A stretch of DNA of 64,000 nt from an uncultured Gammaproteobacteria bacterium (GTDB lineage Bacteria > Patescibacteriota > Patescibacteriia > CAZSQN01). Both the position numbers and the translations under genes were made by a program. The stretch's first letter is position 1; each line of letters begins with the position of its first letter. The DNA lies in NCBI GenBank assembly GCA_964609095.1, contig CAZSQN010000002.1, positions 12,633-76,632 of the forward strand, given 5' to 3'. Below are positions 47,804 through 56,925 of this stretch, one piece after another. Under the pieces are notes generated by a model. It saw only the letters and a program-made list of their open reading frames with translations, was not told the DNA's origin and did no database searches.

Positions 47804-49106
47804 TTATTTCCTCGCGGGCGATTGTACGGTCATCCCAGGGAATCTTTCTTCCTTCAGCCAAAACCATTACCTGCTCGCTGCCCTTGCCCGTGATTAGGAC
47901 AATATCGCCTTCGGCCGCCGTTTGAATCGCTTTGCCAATTGCCGCCCGCCTGTCTAAAATCACAAAAAGGTTTTCGCCGGTTTTTTTGCCGGCCTCCTCC
48001 GCTCCGGCCGCGACTTCTTTGGCAATTAAAAGCGGGTCATCGTCATAAGGATCGTCGGTGGTCACAATCACAATATCAACATTTTCTCCGGCCAGAAGCC
48101 CGAGAATGCGCCGCCTGCTCACATCCCTACCTCCGCCGGTAGAGCCAAAAACCTGAATCAATCTTTTGCGCGGCAATAACTTAATTGTTTCATAGAGCTG
48201 GCGGGTTGATTCCGGTTCATGCGCGTAATCAACAATAACGGTAAAATTTTGTCCCGCTCTCACAAATTCCATCCGTCCGGCAATCGTATTTATCTCGGCT
48301 AGAACATCCGCCGCCACAGATATCCGAATGCCTTGCGAAGCTGCCGCCGTTATAGCCGCCAGCGCGTTATAAACATTGCCCCTGCCTATCAATTTCAAAT
48401 TTATATCCATACCATCAATTTTGAATCTTGAGCCATCCGGACTCAACTCCACATCTTCCGCCAAAAAAGCTTTTAGCTTATAGCTTATAGCTTTTAGCTT
48501 CATGCCATATCCGTATTGCTCATCCGCCCAAAAATTAAGAAAATATTCCGCGTTTTCATCGTCCAAATTGGCAACAATAATCTTTTTGCCGTTCCCGACT
48601 TTTTTCTTCGCGCTCTCTTTAAGAGAAGCAAATAATTTTCCTTTTGCTTTCTTATAATTCTCAAACCCTCCGTGCGATTCTATATGTTCCGGCGTCAGAT
48701 TGGTAAAAACGGCGACATCATAATCAATGCCTGCGTGCCGCGATTGCGCCAAGCCCTCGGAAGATGACTCCACGATGGCGTAAGAGCAACCGGCGACAAC
48801 CATCTCGCGGAGCATTTTTTGCAAAGCAAACCGGCCGAGCATGGTCATTTTGGTGGCGTTCAGCCATTCGCGTCCGGCGATTTTGAAAATGGCGGTTGAA
48901 GAAAGCCCAACTTTATATCCGGCATCCTCCAGAATTTTGGCGAGCATATAAGCGGTCGTGGACTTTCCCTTGGTGCCGGTAATCCCGATGACAATCATCT
49001 TACGCGAGGGATGGCCGTACCAAAGGGACGCACTCAGAGCCAAAAACAAATGATAAACGGTCAAAAAACCGCGAGGAAGAATCTTTTTCACCAGTTTCTT
49101 TAGCAT
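47784..49106 (-). CDS. murE: Mur ligase, UDP-MurNAc-tripeptide ligase (MurE-like), with N-terminal TM helix in place of the usual N-domain
   Basis: GITGTKGKSTTAYMLAKIL P-loop, DYAHEPES and GRMEF blocks; short hydrophobic N-terminus; in-frame (AGCTTAT)n heptamer repeat at 48478-48510 encoding KLKAISYKLKA. Confidence 0.7.
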   Translation of the reverse strand: MLKKLVKKILPRGFLTVYHLFLALSASLWYGHPSRKMIVIGITGTKGKSTTAYMLAKILEDAGYKVGLSSTAIFKIAGREWLNATKMTMLGRFALQKMLREMVVAGCSYAIVESSSEGLAQSRHAGIDYDVAVFTNLTPEHIESHGGFENYKKAKGKLFASLKESAKKKVGNGKKIIVANLDDENAEYFLNFWADEQYGYGMKLKAISYKLKAFLAEDVELSPDGSRFKIDGMDINLKLIGRGNVYNALAAITAAASQGIRISVAADVLAEINTIAGRMEFVRAGQNFTVIVDYAHEPESTRQLYETIKLLPRKRLIQVFGSTGGGRDVSRRRILGLLAGENVDIVIVTTDDPYDDDPLLIAKEVAAGAEEAGKKTGENLFVILDRRAAIGKAIQTAAEGDIVLITGKGSEQVMVLAEGRKIPWDDRTIAREEISNLLRV

Positions 49107-49182
49107 AACTCAATCATATCTTTTCCGGCCGCAAAATTCAACCTCGTACAATATAAAAAATCCACGTTAAGAAACGCGGATG

Positions 49183-50607
49183 TTACTTCAGCTTCTTTAC
49201 CTCTTTTACAAACTGCTCTCCCCTATCAAACTCGTTTTGAAAAAGTCCAAAACTGGCAGCCGCCGGGGAGAGAAGAACAACATCCCCTTTTTTGGCGAAT
49301 TTTATTGCGCAACGCACCGCGCGAGCCATATCAGCCGCTTCTTCATAAGGCATTTTTAAGAATTTTTTGATTTTATCGGTCGCGCCTCCGGGCAAAAATA
49401 CAACCGATTTTGCGTATTTTTTAATTGCTAATGCAAGCTCGCTAAACTCCAACTTTTTATCCGACCCCCCGCAAATGAGAACAATCCGTCTTTTGGCTTT
49501 TAGCTTATAGCTTTTAGCTTTTAGCGTTTTAAGGGCGGCGATGGTCGCATCTGGCGTTGTCGCGGTTGTGTCATTTATAAATCTAATCCCCTTGATATTT
49601 CTAATCACTTCCATTCTATTCGGCAATCCTTTGAAATTTTTTAAAACTTTTTTAATGGCGGCATTTGATATTCCCATAATTTTTGCCGCGCAAACCGCGG
49701 AGAGCGCATTACCCAAATTGTGTTCTCCGGCAATAGCAGTATCTGAAACTGAAGCAACCGCCTCTTCTTCTCCGCCAAACCTAAAAATTATTTTTTTGTT
49801 CTTTGGAAAACATCCGTTCTCTTCTGAAAAAGGTTTTAACGAAAACCAAAATCTGCGGCTCGGCGCTCGCTTTCCCATCTCTCGTGTCCATTTATTATCA
49901 TAATTTAAAATCACCGCGTCTTCCGGCGATTGATATTTGTAAATCAGGGCTTTGGCCGCGGCATATTGCGCCATTCCTTTATAAGTATTCAGGTGGTCCC
50001 GCATTATATTGGTGATGACGGCTATATGCGGGCTTTTTTTAATTTCTTCCAAACCTTCGCATTGCCAGGAAGAAAGCTCCAAAACGGCTATTGAACCTTC
50101 GTGCATCTTGTCCAAAAAATTAAGGGGCGAACGGAGAATGTTCCCGCCGAGCTCTGCGTGCCTTTCTTTTGATTTCAGCATTTCATAAGCAAGCGCGCTG
50201 GTCGTGCTTTTGCCGCGCGTGCCCGTAACGCCAATAACAGCCCCCGGCATAAGAGCCAAAAAAATGCCGGTGTCGGATAAAATCTTCGCTCCGGCAGATC
50301 TCGCCGCCGCAAGATATGGAGAATTGGCCCGCGCGCCGGGATTTCGGATAACAATATCGGCGGATTTGAAATCGCTGGTTCGGTGACGACCCAAAATGAG
50401 CTTATAGCTTATAGCTTTTAACTTTTTAGCAAATCTTTTTAACTCGCTGATTTGTTTTTTTAATTCCTCTTCATTTTTAAGGTCAGTAATAGCCACTTCC
50501 GCTCCTTTGGAGCTAAAAAACTTAGCGGCGGAAATGCCGCTGCCTTCTTTATACAAACCCAATCCCATTATCACCACCTTTTTGCCTTTAAAATCGTCCA
50601 TGGTCAA
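49183..50607 (-). CDS. murD: UDP-N-acetylmuramoylalanine--D-glutamate ligase
   Basis: N-terminal Rossmann KKVVIMGLGLYKEGSG; GVTGTRGKSTT; two in-frame (AGCTTAT)n repeats at 49497-49530 and 50398-50430 each encoding LKAKSYKLKA/KLKAISYKL. Confidence 0.8.
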   Translation of the reverse strand: MTMDDFKGKKVVIMGLGLYKEGSGISAAKFFSSKGAEVAITDLKNEEELKKQISELKRFAKKLKAISYKLILGRHRTSDFKSADIVIRNPGARANSPYLAAARSAGAKILSDTGIFLALMPGAVIGVTGTRGKSTTSALAYEMLKSKERHAELGGNILRSPLNFLDKMHEGSIAVLELSSWQCEGLEEIKKSPHIAVITNIMRDHLNTYKGMAQYAAAKALIYKYQSPEDAVILNYDNKWTREMGKRAPSRRFWFSLKPFSEENGCFPKNKKIIFRFGGEEEAVASVSDTAIAGEHNLGNALSAVCAAKIMGISNAAIKKVLKNFKGLPNRMEVIRNIKGIRFINDTTATTPDATIAALKTLKAKSYKLKAKRRIVLICGGSDKKLEFSELALAIKKYAKSVVFLPGGATDKIKKFLKMPYEEAADMARAVRCAIKFAKKGDVVLLSPAAASFGLFQNEFDRGEQFVKEVKKLK

Positions 50608-51263
50608 AATTTATTTCTTAGCCACCCCAATCTCACCACAACAGCCGCCTTCCCTACCTGCCAAAACATTTTAATGTAACCGATGAGTCCGCGCCAAAAA
50701 CCGACTTTCTGCATCTTTTTTTTAATTGTCACTCCGGGCATCATCACCCGCGCCACCTTGAGGCCGTGCCGACTGCAATGGGCGTTTAAGGCCATCTCCA
50801 CCATAAAACCTTTTACCAAATTATCCGGTATATGCTCAAATACTCCGCGAAGCATTGCCCGCTCCCCGCCGATTGGCGGCGTATGCATGGAAACCCAGCT
50901 TAAAAACTTTCCCCGGTCGCGGATGCCCACGCTCATCGCGGCCGATCCGGCAAACACGGGCGCGAGAATAGCTTCCATATGCTCTTTTTTAAACCCATAT
51001 AAATCAGCGTCGCTAAAAAACAAAATCGGCGCGTCGGTCATGGCAACGCCATGCGCCATTGCCTGTCCCTTACCGCGGTTTTTCGGAAGCTCATAGACGG
51101 TTGCTCCGGCGGCTCCGGCCTCGTCGGCCGTTCTATCACTGCTCCCGTCAGAAACAACAATCACATCGGAAAAAAGTCCGGAGCCAACTAACGCCCGAAC
51201 AACATTTCCGATTGTCGCTTCCTCATTAAAAGCCGGAACAATGGCGGCAACTTTAATAAGCAT
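50604..51263 (-). CDS. family 2 glycosyltransferase (polyprenol-phosphate sugar synthase-like)
   Basis: AAIVPAFNEE...VIVVSDGSSDRT...LPKNRGKGQA GT-A/DxD pattern; 4-bp overlap with murD. Confidence 0.7.
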   Translation of the reverse strand: MLIKVAAIVPAFNEEATIGNVVRALVGSGLFSDVIVVSDGSSDRTADEAGAAGATVYELPKNRGKGQAMAHGVAMTDAPILFFSDADLYGFKKEHMEAILAPVFAGSAAMSVGIRDRGKFLSWVSMHTPPIGGERAMLRGVFEHIPDNLVKGFMVEMALNAHCSRHGLKVARVMMPGVTIKKKMQKVGFWRGLIGYIKMFWQVGKAAVVVRLGWLRNKF

Positions 51264-51271
51264 AAGTCATC

Positions 51272-53938
51272 TTAGTTTTTCCTGCGATTCAAAAATATCC
51301 GTTTCATCAGTTCTATCAAAAACATCTTAAGGATAGCAAGTGAAAAAATGGCTGTCCACGCGACGCCCGTAAGAGGCACGGTGCGCAAAAACCGCTGCAA
51401 GGGAGGCGCGTAGACCGCGGCAAAAAGAAGAAGAAAACCAAAAAACACGGACGGAGTTAAAAGATAATTTCCCAGCGGATTGGTTTGCCAAAAAGGCCGG
51501 CGCAGAGAACGGATCACATATACAAAAAACAAAGAATCCAAACCCAAAGAAACAAAAAGGAAAGTCCTTATTTCGTCCATGGCCATGCCTTTTTTGAGCA
51601 AAAGAAAAAATACTCCGAGCAAGGCGGCGTCCGCCACAAGAGTAACAAGCGCCACGGATGCCCGCATGGCGCGATCCACTATGGCGCCGCCGGGTGAGCG
51701 CGGCGGCTCTTTCATAATACCCTTGTCGCCAGGATCAAAAGCCAGCGCGATGTTGGGAAGAGTATCTTCAACAAGATTAACCCAAAGTATCTGGACAGGG
51801 AGCACGGGCAGCGGCAGTCGGGCAAACAATCCTCCGGCAATAAGCACCACTTCGGAAAAACTTGATATCAAAAGATATAAAACGACTTTTTTTAAATTAT
51901 CATAAATTATCCGTCCTTGCTTCACCGCCTCGACGATTGTTTTCAAATTATTATCCAGCAAAACGAGGTCGGACACCTCTTTGGCCACCTCCGTGCCCGA
52001 ACCCAAAGCGATCCCGATATGGGCGGATTTGAGCGCGGGCGCGTCATTAACCCCATCGCCGGTCATGGCCACGACCTCTCCCCGACGGCGCAGCGCCTCC
52101 ACGATCCGCACTTTGTGCCTTGGTTCAACCCGCGCGAAAACAAAAATATTTTCAATCTTTTCCATAAGCCCCTCATCGCTTATTTTGTCTAAACGAACTC
52201 CGTCAAACAAATGTCCTTCTTCGCAAGGTATGCCCACTTCTTTGGCCACGGCGCGAGCGGTTGCCGCGTGATCCCCGGTGAGCATTATGGTTCTGATGCC
52301 CGCATCGCCCGCAAATTTGATGGTGTCAGCGACATTTTTTCTTACCGGATCTCTTAGTCCAAAGACGCCGACAAAAATAAAATCGGCGGCGGCAATCTGC
52401 GGCTCGGAAAAATTAGAAATATTGCCGGCCGGCCGATAAGCAACGGCTAAAGTGCGTAGCCCTCGCCTGGCCAGCCCTTCAATTTTAGCGCGAATCTTTT
52501 TTTTGGATTCCTCGGTCAAAAGAACGGTTCGCCCTTCAATTATTTCAAAACCGGATTGCGCCAGAACGATCTCCGGCGCTCCTTTCATATAAATTGAAGA
52601 ATGATCGCCAAAACGATGAAGCGTTGCCATATACTTTCTCTCCACATCAAACGGTATCTCATCAACCCGCGGACTTTCTTTAAGCAAAATCGCCTGATCC
52701 AGACCGGCCTCCCGGCTAGCCAGAAACAGGGCTTTGTCAACCGGATCCCCCAATATCTCCCACTCTTTAAGTTCCGCTTCCGGATTTCTGACCAGCGCGT
52801 CATTGCAGAGCGCGGCTATACGGAGCGCAAAGATATGCGACGCGCGGCGCTCCCTCCCGGATTCATGAACCGTTGCCTCTTCCTCCTCCGGCGTCCACAA
52901 ATGCGAAACCCTTAGTTCACCCTCGGTGATAGTTCCGGTTTTGTCCGTGCAGATGACGCTTACGCTCCCCAATGTTTCGGCGGCAATCAATTTTCTAACC
53001 AAGGCCTTTTGTTTAAAAATCTTTTGCATGCCGATGGCAAGAATAACGGTAACGGCTAACGGCAAACCTTCGGGAATCGCCGCCACGGCCACAGCCACTG
53101 AAGTCAAAAACATTTCCGCCAGCTCTCTTGCCTGGAGAACGCCTATGCCAAAAATAATGCCCGCGATTACAATAATAAGAATGCCTAAATTGCGCCCCAT
53201 TCGCGAAAGCTCTGCTTGGAGAGGCGTGGGACGCTCTTCTATTTGACCCAAAGATGCGGCTATTTTCCCCAATTCGGTATTTTGACCGATTCCGACCACA
53301 AGAGCGAGCCCGCGGCCGCGGGAGCAAGAAGCTCCGGAATAAACCATGTTGCGCCGTTCCGCAAGCGGAGTTCCCGGAGGCATGGCCTCTATTGATTTGG
53401 AAACCGGAGCGGATTCGCCGGTTAAGACCGCTTCATTGGCTTTAAAATCATGCGCCTCTATCAAACGGGCATCAGCAGGAATCCTGTCTCCGGAAGAAAG
53501 CACAATCACGTCTCCCGGAACAAGCTCGCTGGCCGGACTTAATGTCGGAACGCCATCGCGCAAAACCACCGCCTTCAAAACCACAAACTTTTTAAGCTCG
53601 GCTAATGCGGCCTCTGACTTGGCCTCCTGATAGAAACCCAAAAACACGTTTATAAACAAAGCGGAAAAAATAACCGCGGCGTCAACAATCTCGCCCAAAG
53701 CCACACTCACTCCCACGGCGCCAAAAAGTATCCACAAAAGCGGACTCTTGAATTGATTTAAAAATATCTCCCATCGTTTTTTGGGAGGAGGCGGAGGCAG
53801 TTCGTTTGGTCCGAAATCCTTTATTCTCCGCTGGACTTCGCCGCCCTCAAGACCGCGCTTTGAGCTCTTAAGTTCCCTTAATGCTTCCGCGATGGATAAA
53901 GAATGCCAAAGAATGGACATATGTGAATAGCATATCAT
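51272..53938 (-). CDS. cation-transporting P-type ATPase (P2-type, Ca2+/Mg2+-like)
   Basis: phosphorylation motif ICTDKTGTITEG; MLTGDHAATA; hinge AMTGDGVNDAPALKSAHIGIA; 8-10 TM segments; the true start is probably MSILWHSL at 53920. Confidence 0.9.
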   Translation of the reverse strand: MICYSHMSILWHSLSIAEALRELKSSKRGLEGGEVQRRIKDFGPNELPPPPPKKRWEIFLNQFKSPLLWILFGAVGVSVALGEIVDAAVIFSALFINVFLGFYQEAKSEAALAELKKFVVLKAVVLRDGVPTLSPASELVPGDVIVLSSGDRIPADARLIEAHDFKANEAVLTGESAPVSKSIEAMPPGTPLAERRNMVYSGASCSRGRGLALVVGIGQNTELGKIAASLGQIEERPTPLQAELSRMGRNLGILIIVIAGIIFGIGVLQARELAEMFLTSVAVAVAAIPEGLPLAVTVILAIGMQKIFKQKALVRKLIAAETLGSVSVICTDKTGTITEGELRVSHLWTPEEEEATVHESGRERRASHIFALRIAALCNDALVRNPEAELKEWEILGDPVDKALFLASREAGLDQAILLKESPRVDEIPFDVERKYMATLHRFGDHSSIYMKGAPEIVLAQSGFEIIEGRTVLLTEESKKKIRAKIEGLARRGLRTLAVAYRPAGNISNFSEPQIAAADFIFVGVFGLRDPVRKNVADTIKFAGDAGIRTIMLTGDHAATARAVAKEVGIPCEEGHLFDGVRLDKISDEGLMEKIENIFVFARVEPRHKVRIVEALRRRGEVVAMTGDGVNDAPALKSAHIGIALGSGTEVAKEVSDLVLLDNNLKTIVEAVKQGRIIYDNLKKVVLYLLISSFSEVVLIAGGLFARLPLPVLPVQILWVNLVEDTLPNIALAFDPGDKGIMKEPPRSPGGAIVDRAMRASVALVTLVADAALLGVFFLLLKKGMAMDEIRTFLFVSLGLDSLFFVYVIRSLRRPFWQTNPLGNYLLTPSVFFGFLLLFAAVYAPPLQRFLRTVPLTGVAWTAIFSLAILKMFLIELMKRIFLNRRKN

Positions 53939-53985
53939 ATCCGCGCGCGGGACGATTCTAAAAAAAGGACTAAAAAAGGGACGGC

Positions 53986-54336
53986 TTAAGCCGCCCCGGA
54001 GGTCGCAAATATGATGTTATTTTGAAGTTTGAACTCGTGAAGCCAGCTCTCATAGACGCGATTGCCGGGGGTTGAACCGGAGCTCATCAAAGCCCAATCC
54101 GTGACAATTTTTTCAAAAATAAAGCTTGCCAGCTTGTAGCAAAGATCAAAATCGTGCCCGATATGTTCAACCATTCTAAGCGCGGCAATATGCTGCGCCG
54201 TATTGAAAGCCGGAATGGTGATGCACTCCTCAATGCCGGGCACAGTCAAAAGAACGCCGGAACTTCTTGCTTTTAGCCCGCGGCCGAAAAAACTCCTGCC
54301 GCGAAACCGTTTGGTAACGGGCTTTGCTTTAGCCAT
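53986..54336 (-). CDS. hypothetical protein
   Basis: 116 aa with a basic N-terminus MAKAKPVTKRFRGRSFFGRG; no family recognised. Confidence 0.35.
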   Translation of the reverse strand: MAKAKPVTKRFRGRSFFGRGLKARSSGVLLTVPGIEECITIPAFNTAQHIAALRMVEHIGHDFDLCYKLASFIFEKIVTDWALMSSGSTPGNRVYESWLHEFKLQNNIIFATSGAA

Positions 54337-54429
54337 TTCAAGTCCTCCACCGGCTTTTTATCACAATTTTGCCTTGGCGTCAAGTCGCGCGGATAAAAAA
54401 TTCTCCGATGATTGTCATCGGAGAAGAAA

Positions 54430-54726
54430 TTAGCGGCGCTGTCTGTGATACCTGTGGTAATGAGGCGGAGCCGGACGGTAATGCCTATTGTAATGATAGT
54501 AGCGCGGCGTGATGTAGACCGAAGGCGGCGGCGGAGCAATATACCAGTGATAGCGGTAGTAAGGCACATAGTAGCTCTCCATTACTCCGTACTCATGCCA
54601 ATGGCAAAAACCATTGAAACAATGCCAATATCCGCTTTCCACCTCCGCGCGAGCTCCGAGAGTGGCATAACAGCCGCCAATTAGGAGCGCGCCCAAAAGA
54701 GCCAGAAAAAGAACTGTCTTTTTCAC
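54430..54726 (-). CDS. secreted His/Tyr/Pro-rich small protein (putative lipoprotein)
   Basis: signal peptide MKKTVLFLALLGALLIGGC; C-terminal YYVPYYRYHWYIAPPPPSVYITPRYYHYNRHYRPAPPHYHRYHRQRR low-complexity aromatic/His segment. Confidence 0.4.
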   Translation of the reverse strand: MKKTVLFLALLGALLIGGCYATLGARAEVESGYWHCFNGFCHWHEYGVMESYYVPYYRYHWYIAPPPPSVYITPRYYHYNRHYRPAPPHYHRYHRQRR

Positions 54727-54812
54727 TTTCTAACCTCCTAAAAGAATGATAGTATAAAAATAAAATTATTTCAACGCGCTCTCGCGTCTTTTAATCTCTA
54801 ATCCTCAATAAA

Positions 54813-55002
54813 GAAAACACTCCGCTTATGGCGGAGTGTAATCATATGACCCGGCTGGGATTCCTCTCGCTCCGACTCGAGCCTGGGCGCTATGCACTAA
54901 ACGCTCGCCAGCTCGCATTTACTCGCACTCTTCGAATCCCAATTCTATTTTGAAAACACTCCGCTTATGGCGGAGTGTAATCATATGACCCGGCTGGGAT
55001 TC
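54813..55002 (-). repeat. tRNA-Lys 3'-end direct duplication (51-bp DR at 54813-54863 and 54952-55002) bracketing an 88-bp insert homologous to the tRNA-Gly-locus insert
   Basis: DR = GAAAACACTCCGCTTATGGCGGAGTGTAATCATATGACCCGGCTGGGATTC, comprising the tRNA 3' 17 nt plus a downstream terminator hairpin; insert (minus-strand sense) ...GCGAGCTGGCGAGCGTTTAGTGCATAGCGCCCAGGCTCGAGTCGGAGCGAGAG. Confidence 0.6.
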
Positions 55003-55058
55003 GAACCCAGGACCCAATGCTTAAAAGGCATTTGCTCTGCCAACTGAGCTACCGGGTC
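54986..55058 (-). tRNA. tRNA-Lys (anticodon UUU)
   Basis: GACCCGGTAGCTCAGTTGGCAGAGCAAATGCCTTTTAAGCATTGGGTCCTGGGTTCGAATCCCAGCCGGGTCA: acceptor GACCCGG/CCGGGTC, anticodon loop cuUUUaa, canonical T-arm. Confidence 0.75.
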
Positions 55059-55161
55059 AAACATAAAAAATATTAGCAAAAAATGTTTATTTAATCAAGA
55101 AAAGATAAAAAAACCAAGGCAAATGCCTTGGTCTGTTTTTCTCTGAAAAAATGAACCGTTC

Positions 55162-55743
55162 CTAACCGTTTTCCGCCGCGACTTGAAGAAGAAAGTCATT
55201 AAACTCATTAAGGCGCGCTCGCGCCAGAGCGTTCTCCTTTTTTGCTTCTGTCATTTCCGCTTCAATCTCGTCCAACTTGCCATCAATGGCTTTTCGCGCT
55301 TCTTGCAATTCGTTCCGCCTGATTTCAAACGCGAGAACCTTGGAGCGCGCGTCGCGCCATCGCTTTTGCAGCAATTCCCCGACGGCTCCGGGGGAAACGA
55401 CTTTTGCTTGTTTTATTTTCTCCGCGATAACCGCGTAGGTGGCGAGTTCGCTCCCATCGGACATTTCCCTGCTTTGCACGCAAACCAGCACTTTGTACGT
55501 TTCAAGATTACAAACAAGCTCTGACGCCTCGGGCAAGCTCGCGGCAATTCCGGCTTCCACCAGAATTTCAGACGGATTCACAACACGCTTTTCGCCCGCG
55601 CCGGTTCTAACTGCCACCGACCTTTCAAGCAGGAAGTCAGCCGCTCTTTTTTCATTCTCTCGCATGATTCCTGATGCGGAGACCTGATTTGGCATAGACC
55701 GCCCCGGAGCGTCAATGGATTTTGCCGATCTTGAGTTCTGCAT
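55162..55743 (-). CDS. hypothetical protein with C-terminal coiled coil
   Basis: 193 aa; C-terminal RNELQEARKAIDGKLDEIEAEMTEAKKENALARARLNEF. Confidence 0.4.
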   Translation of the reverse strand: MQNSRSAKSIDAPGRSMPNQVSASGIMRENEKRAADFLLERSVAVRTGAGEKRVVNPSEILVEAGIAASLPEASELVCNLETYKVLVCVQSREMSDGSELATYAVIAEKIKQAKVVSPGAVGELLQKRWRDARSKVLAFEIRRNELQEARKAIDGKLDEIEAEMTEAKKENALARARLNEFNDFLLQVAAENG

Positions 55744-55758
55744 CAGCTCGTTCCTCCT

Positions 55759-56661
55759 TTAAAGCATCCTCTTATGCGCGTAACGGACCATATCCAGCAG
55801 TTCATCCGGAGTTGGCACGGTCTTTTTGTCGCCGTCCTTGGGATAGATATAAAGAAAAATCCCGTTCAAGTGGCAGAAAAGACGGCTCGAGCGGCCGCAA
55901 TCGGGATAATCACTCCTAACCATATCCGCGATCTGCCGCAAATTTACTTTGCGCGCCTCCGGCCCCAAAAGCGTGACGCCCACGGCGTTATCGCCGTAAC
56001 GCGCCACAATCATCCCGACTTGCTCGCCGAGATTCTGAAGCGCGAAATTGCGAAGTTCTTTGCGCCCGCGGTCGGTTTCTCCAAAAAGAACCCCGCCCAT
56101 AGGCGTGGAAATAATTTTAATCCGTCCGCCCACTCCGATTTCGGCCAGCAGCGCCTTGGTGCGGCGCGTTCCGGCGTAATACGCCTTTAGGGTATAAAGC
56201 CCCCAGCGCATCCGTTCCTCGTTTGAGCAGACGGAACGGAGGCCGATGAGTCCGGCGGAAAGCGCGCGCATCAGCGAAGCAAACTGCCCTTCAATCCTAT
56301 ACGCGCCGTCCAAGCCCTTGCCGTTATCGGCGCAGCGCACAAATTCAACCATATCTCTGATCAAGTCATCGTTTTGAAACGCCTTGGGGAAACTTCGCCA
56401 AACAAGCGAAGCGGCGCACTCATTGCGCACCAGCGGGTCGTCCTGATGGTGGTCAAATTCGCGGATGCCGTCAAACCTGCCGCCGGTATCAATGTGAACC
56501 GGCTCCCGTTCTCCAAGCATCTCGCTTCCTGCACGTTCTCCGGAGCGCACAAATATCCAGTCAATATCCGATATCCAGATTCCATGCGCCTCAAGATAAA
56601 GCAGAGAAGCGGCAACCGCGTCAGCGTCCGGTTCGGAGGTGACAATCGCCCTTTTGTGCAT
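55759..56661 (-). CDS. DHH-like phosphoesterase domain protein (tentative)
   Basis: 300 aa; EPDADAV, HIDTGG and FDHHQD blocks reminiscent of DHH motifs I-III; promoter with GTGCGGGGTTGACA. Confidence 0.4.
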   Translation of the reverse strand: MHKRAIVTSEPDADAVAASLLYLEAHGIWISDIDWIFVRSGERAGSEMLGEREPVHIDTGGRFDGIREFDHHQDDPLVRNECAASLVWRSFPKAFQNDDLIRDMVEFVRCADNGKGLDGAYRIEGQFASLMRALSAGLIGLRSVCSNEERMRWGLYTLKAYYAGTRRTKALLAEIGVGGRIKIISTPMGGVLFGETDRGRKELRNFALQNLGEQVGMIVARYGDNAVGVTLLGPEARKVNLRQIADMVRSDYPDCGRSSRLFCHLNGIFLYIYPKDGDKKTVPTPDELLDMVRYAHKRML

Positions 56662-56925
56662 TTCCCCTTCTCCTTGTCTTACGGTGAAAAAATTCCAAAA
56701 GAACTCCCTAAATAAACTACATTAAAACGAATCTCTTGTCAACCCCGCACACATAACCCTCATAAATATCATTAGACAATTTTGTAGGAATTTCGGTTAT
56801 ATATAATTACCCAAGATAAGTTAAATTATTTATATAGGTTTATGTGCGGGGTCAACCCCCGGTCATGTACACAGTTAAGGCCGTTGCTCATGCTCTCCCT
56901 TTGACTAATCAAAAACTTATTCATT

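Noticed and set aside
53986-54336. Possible S-adenosylmethionine decarboxylase (SpeH-like) assignment for 53986..54336
   Set aside because: The superficially similar blocks (ESWLHEF, EECITIP) occur in the wrong order relative to pyruvoyl AdoMetDC, so it is left as hypothetical.
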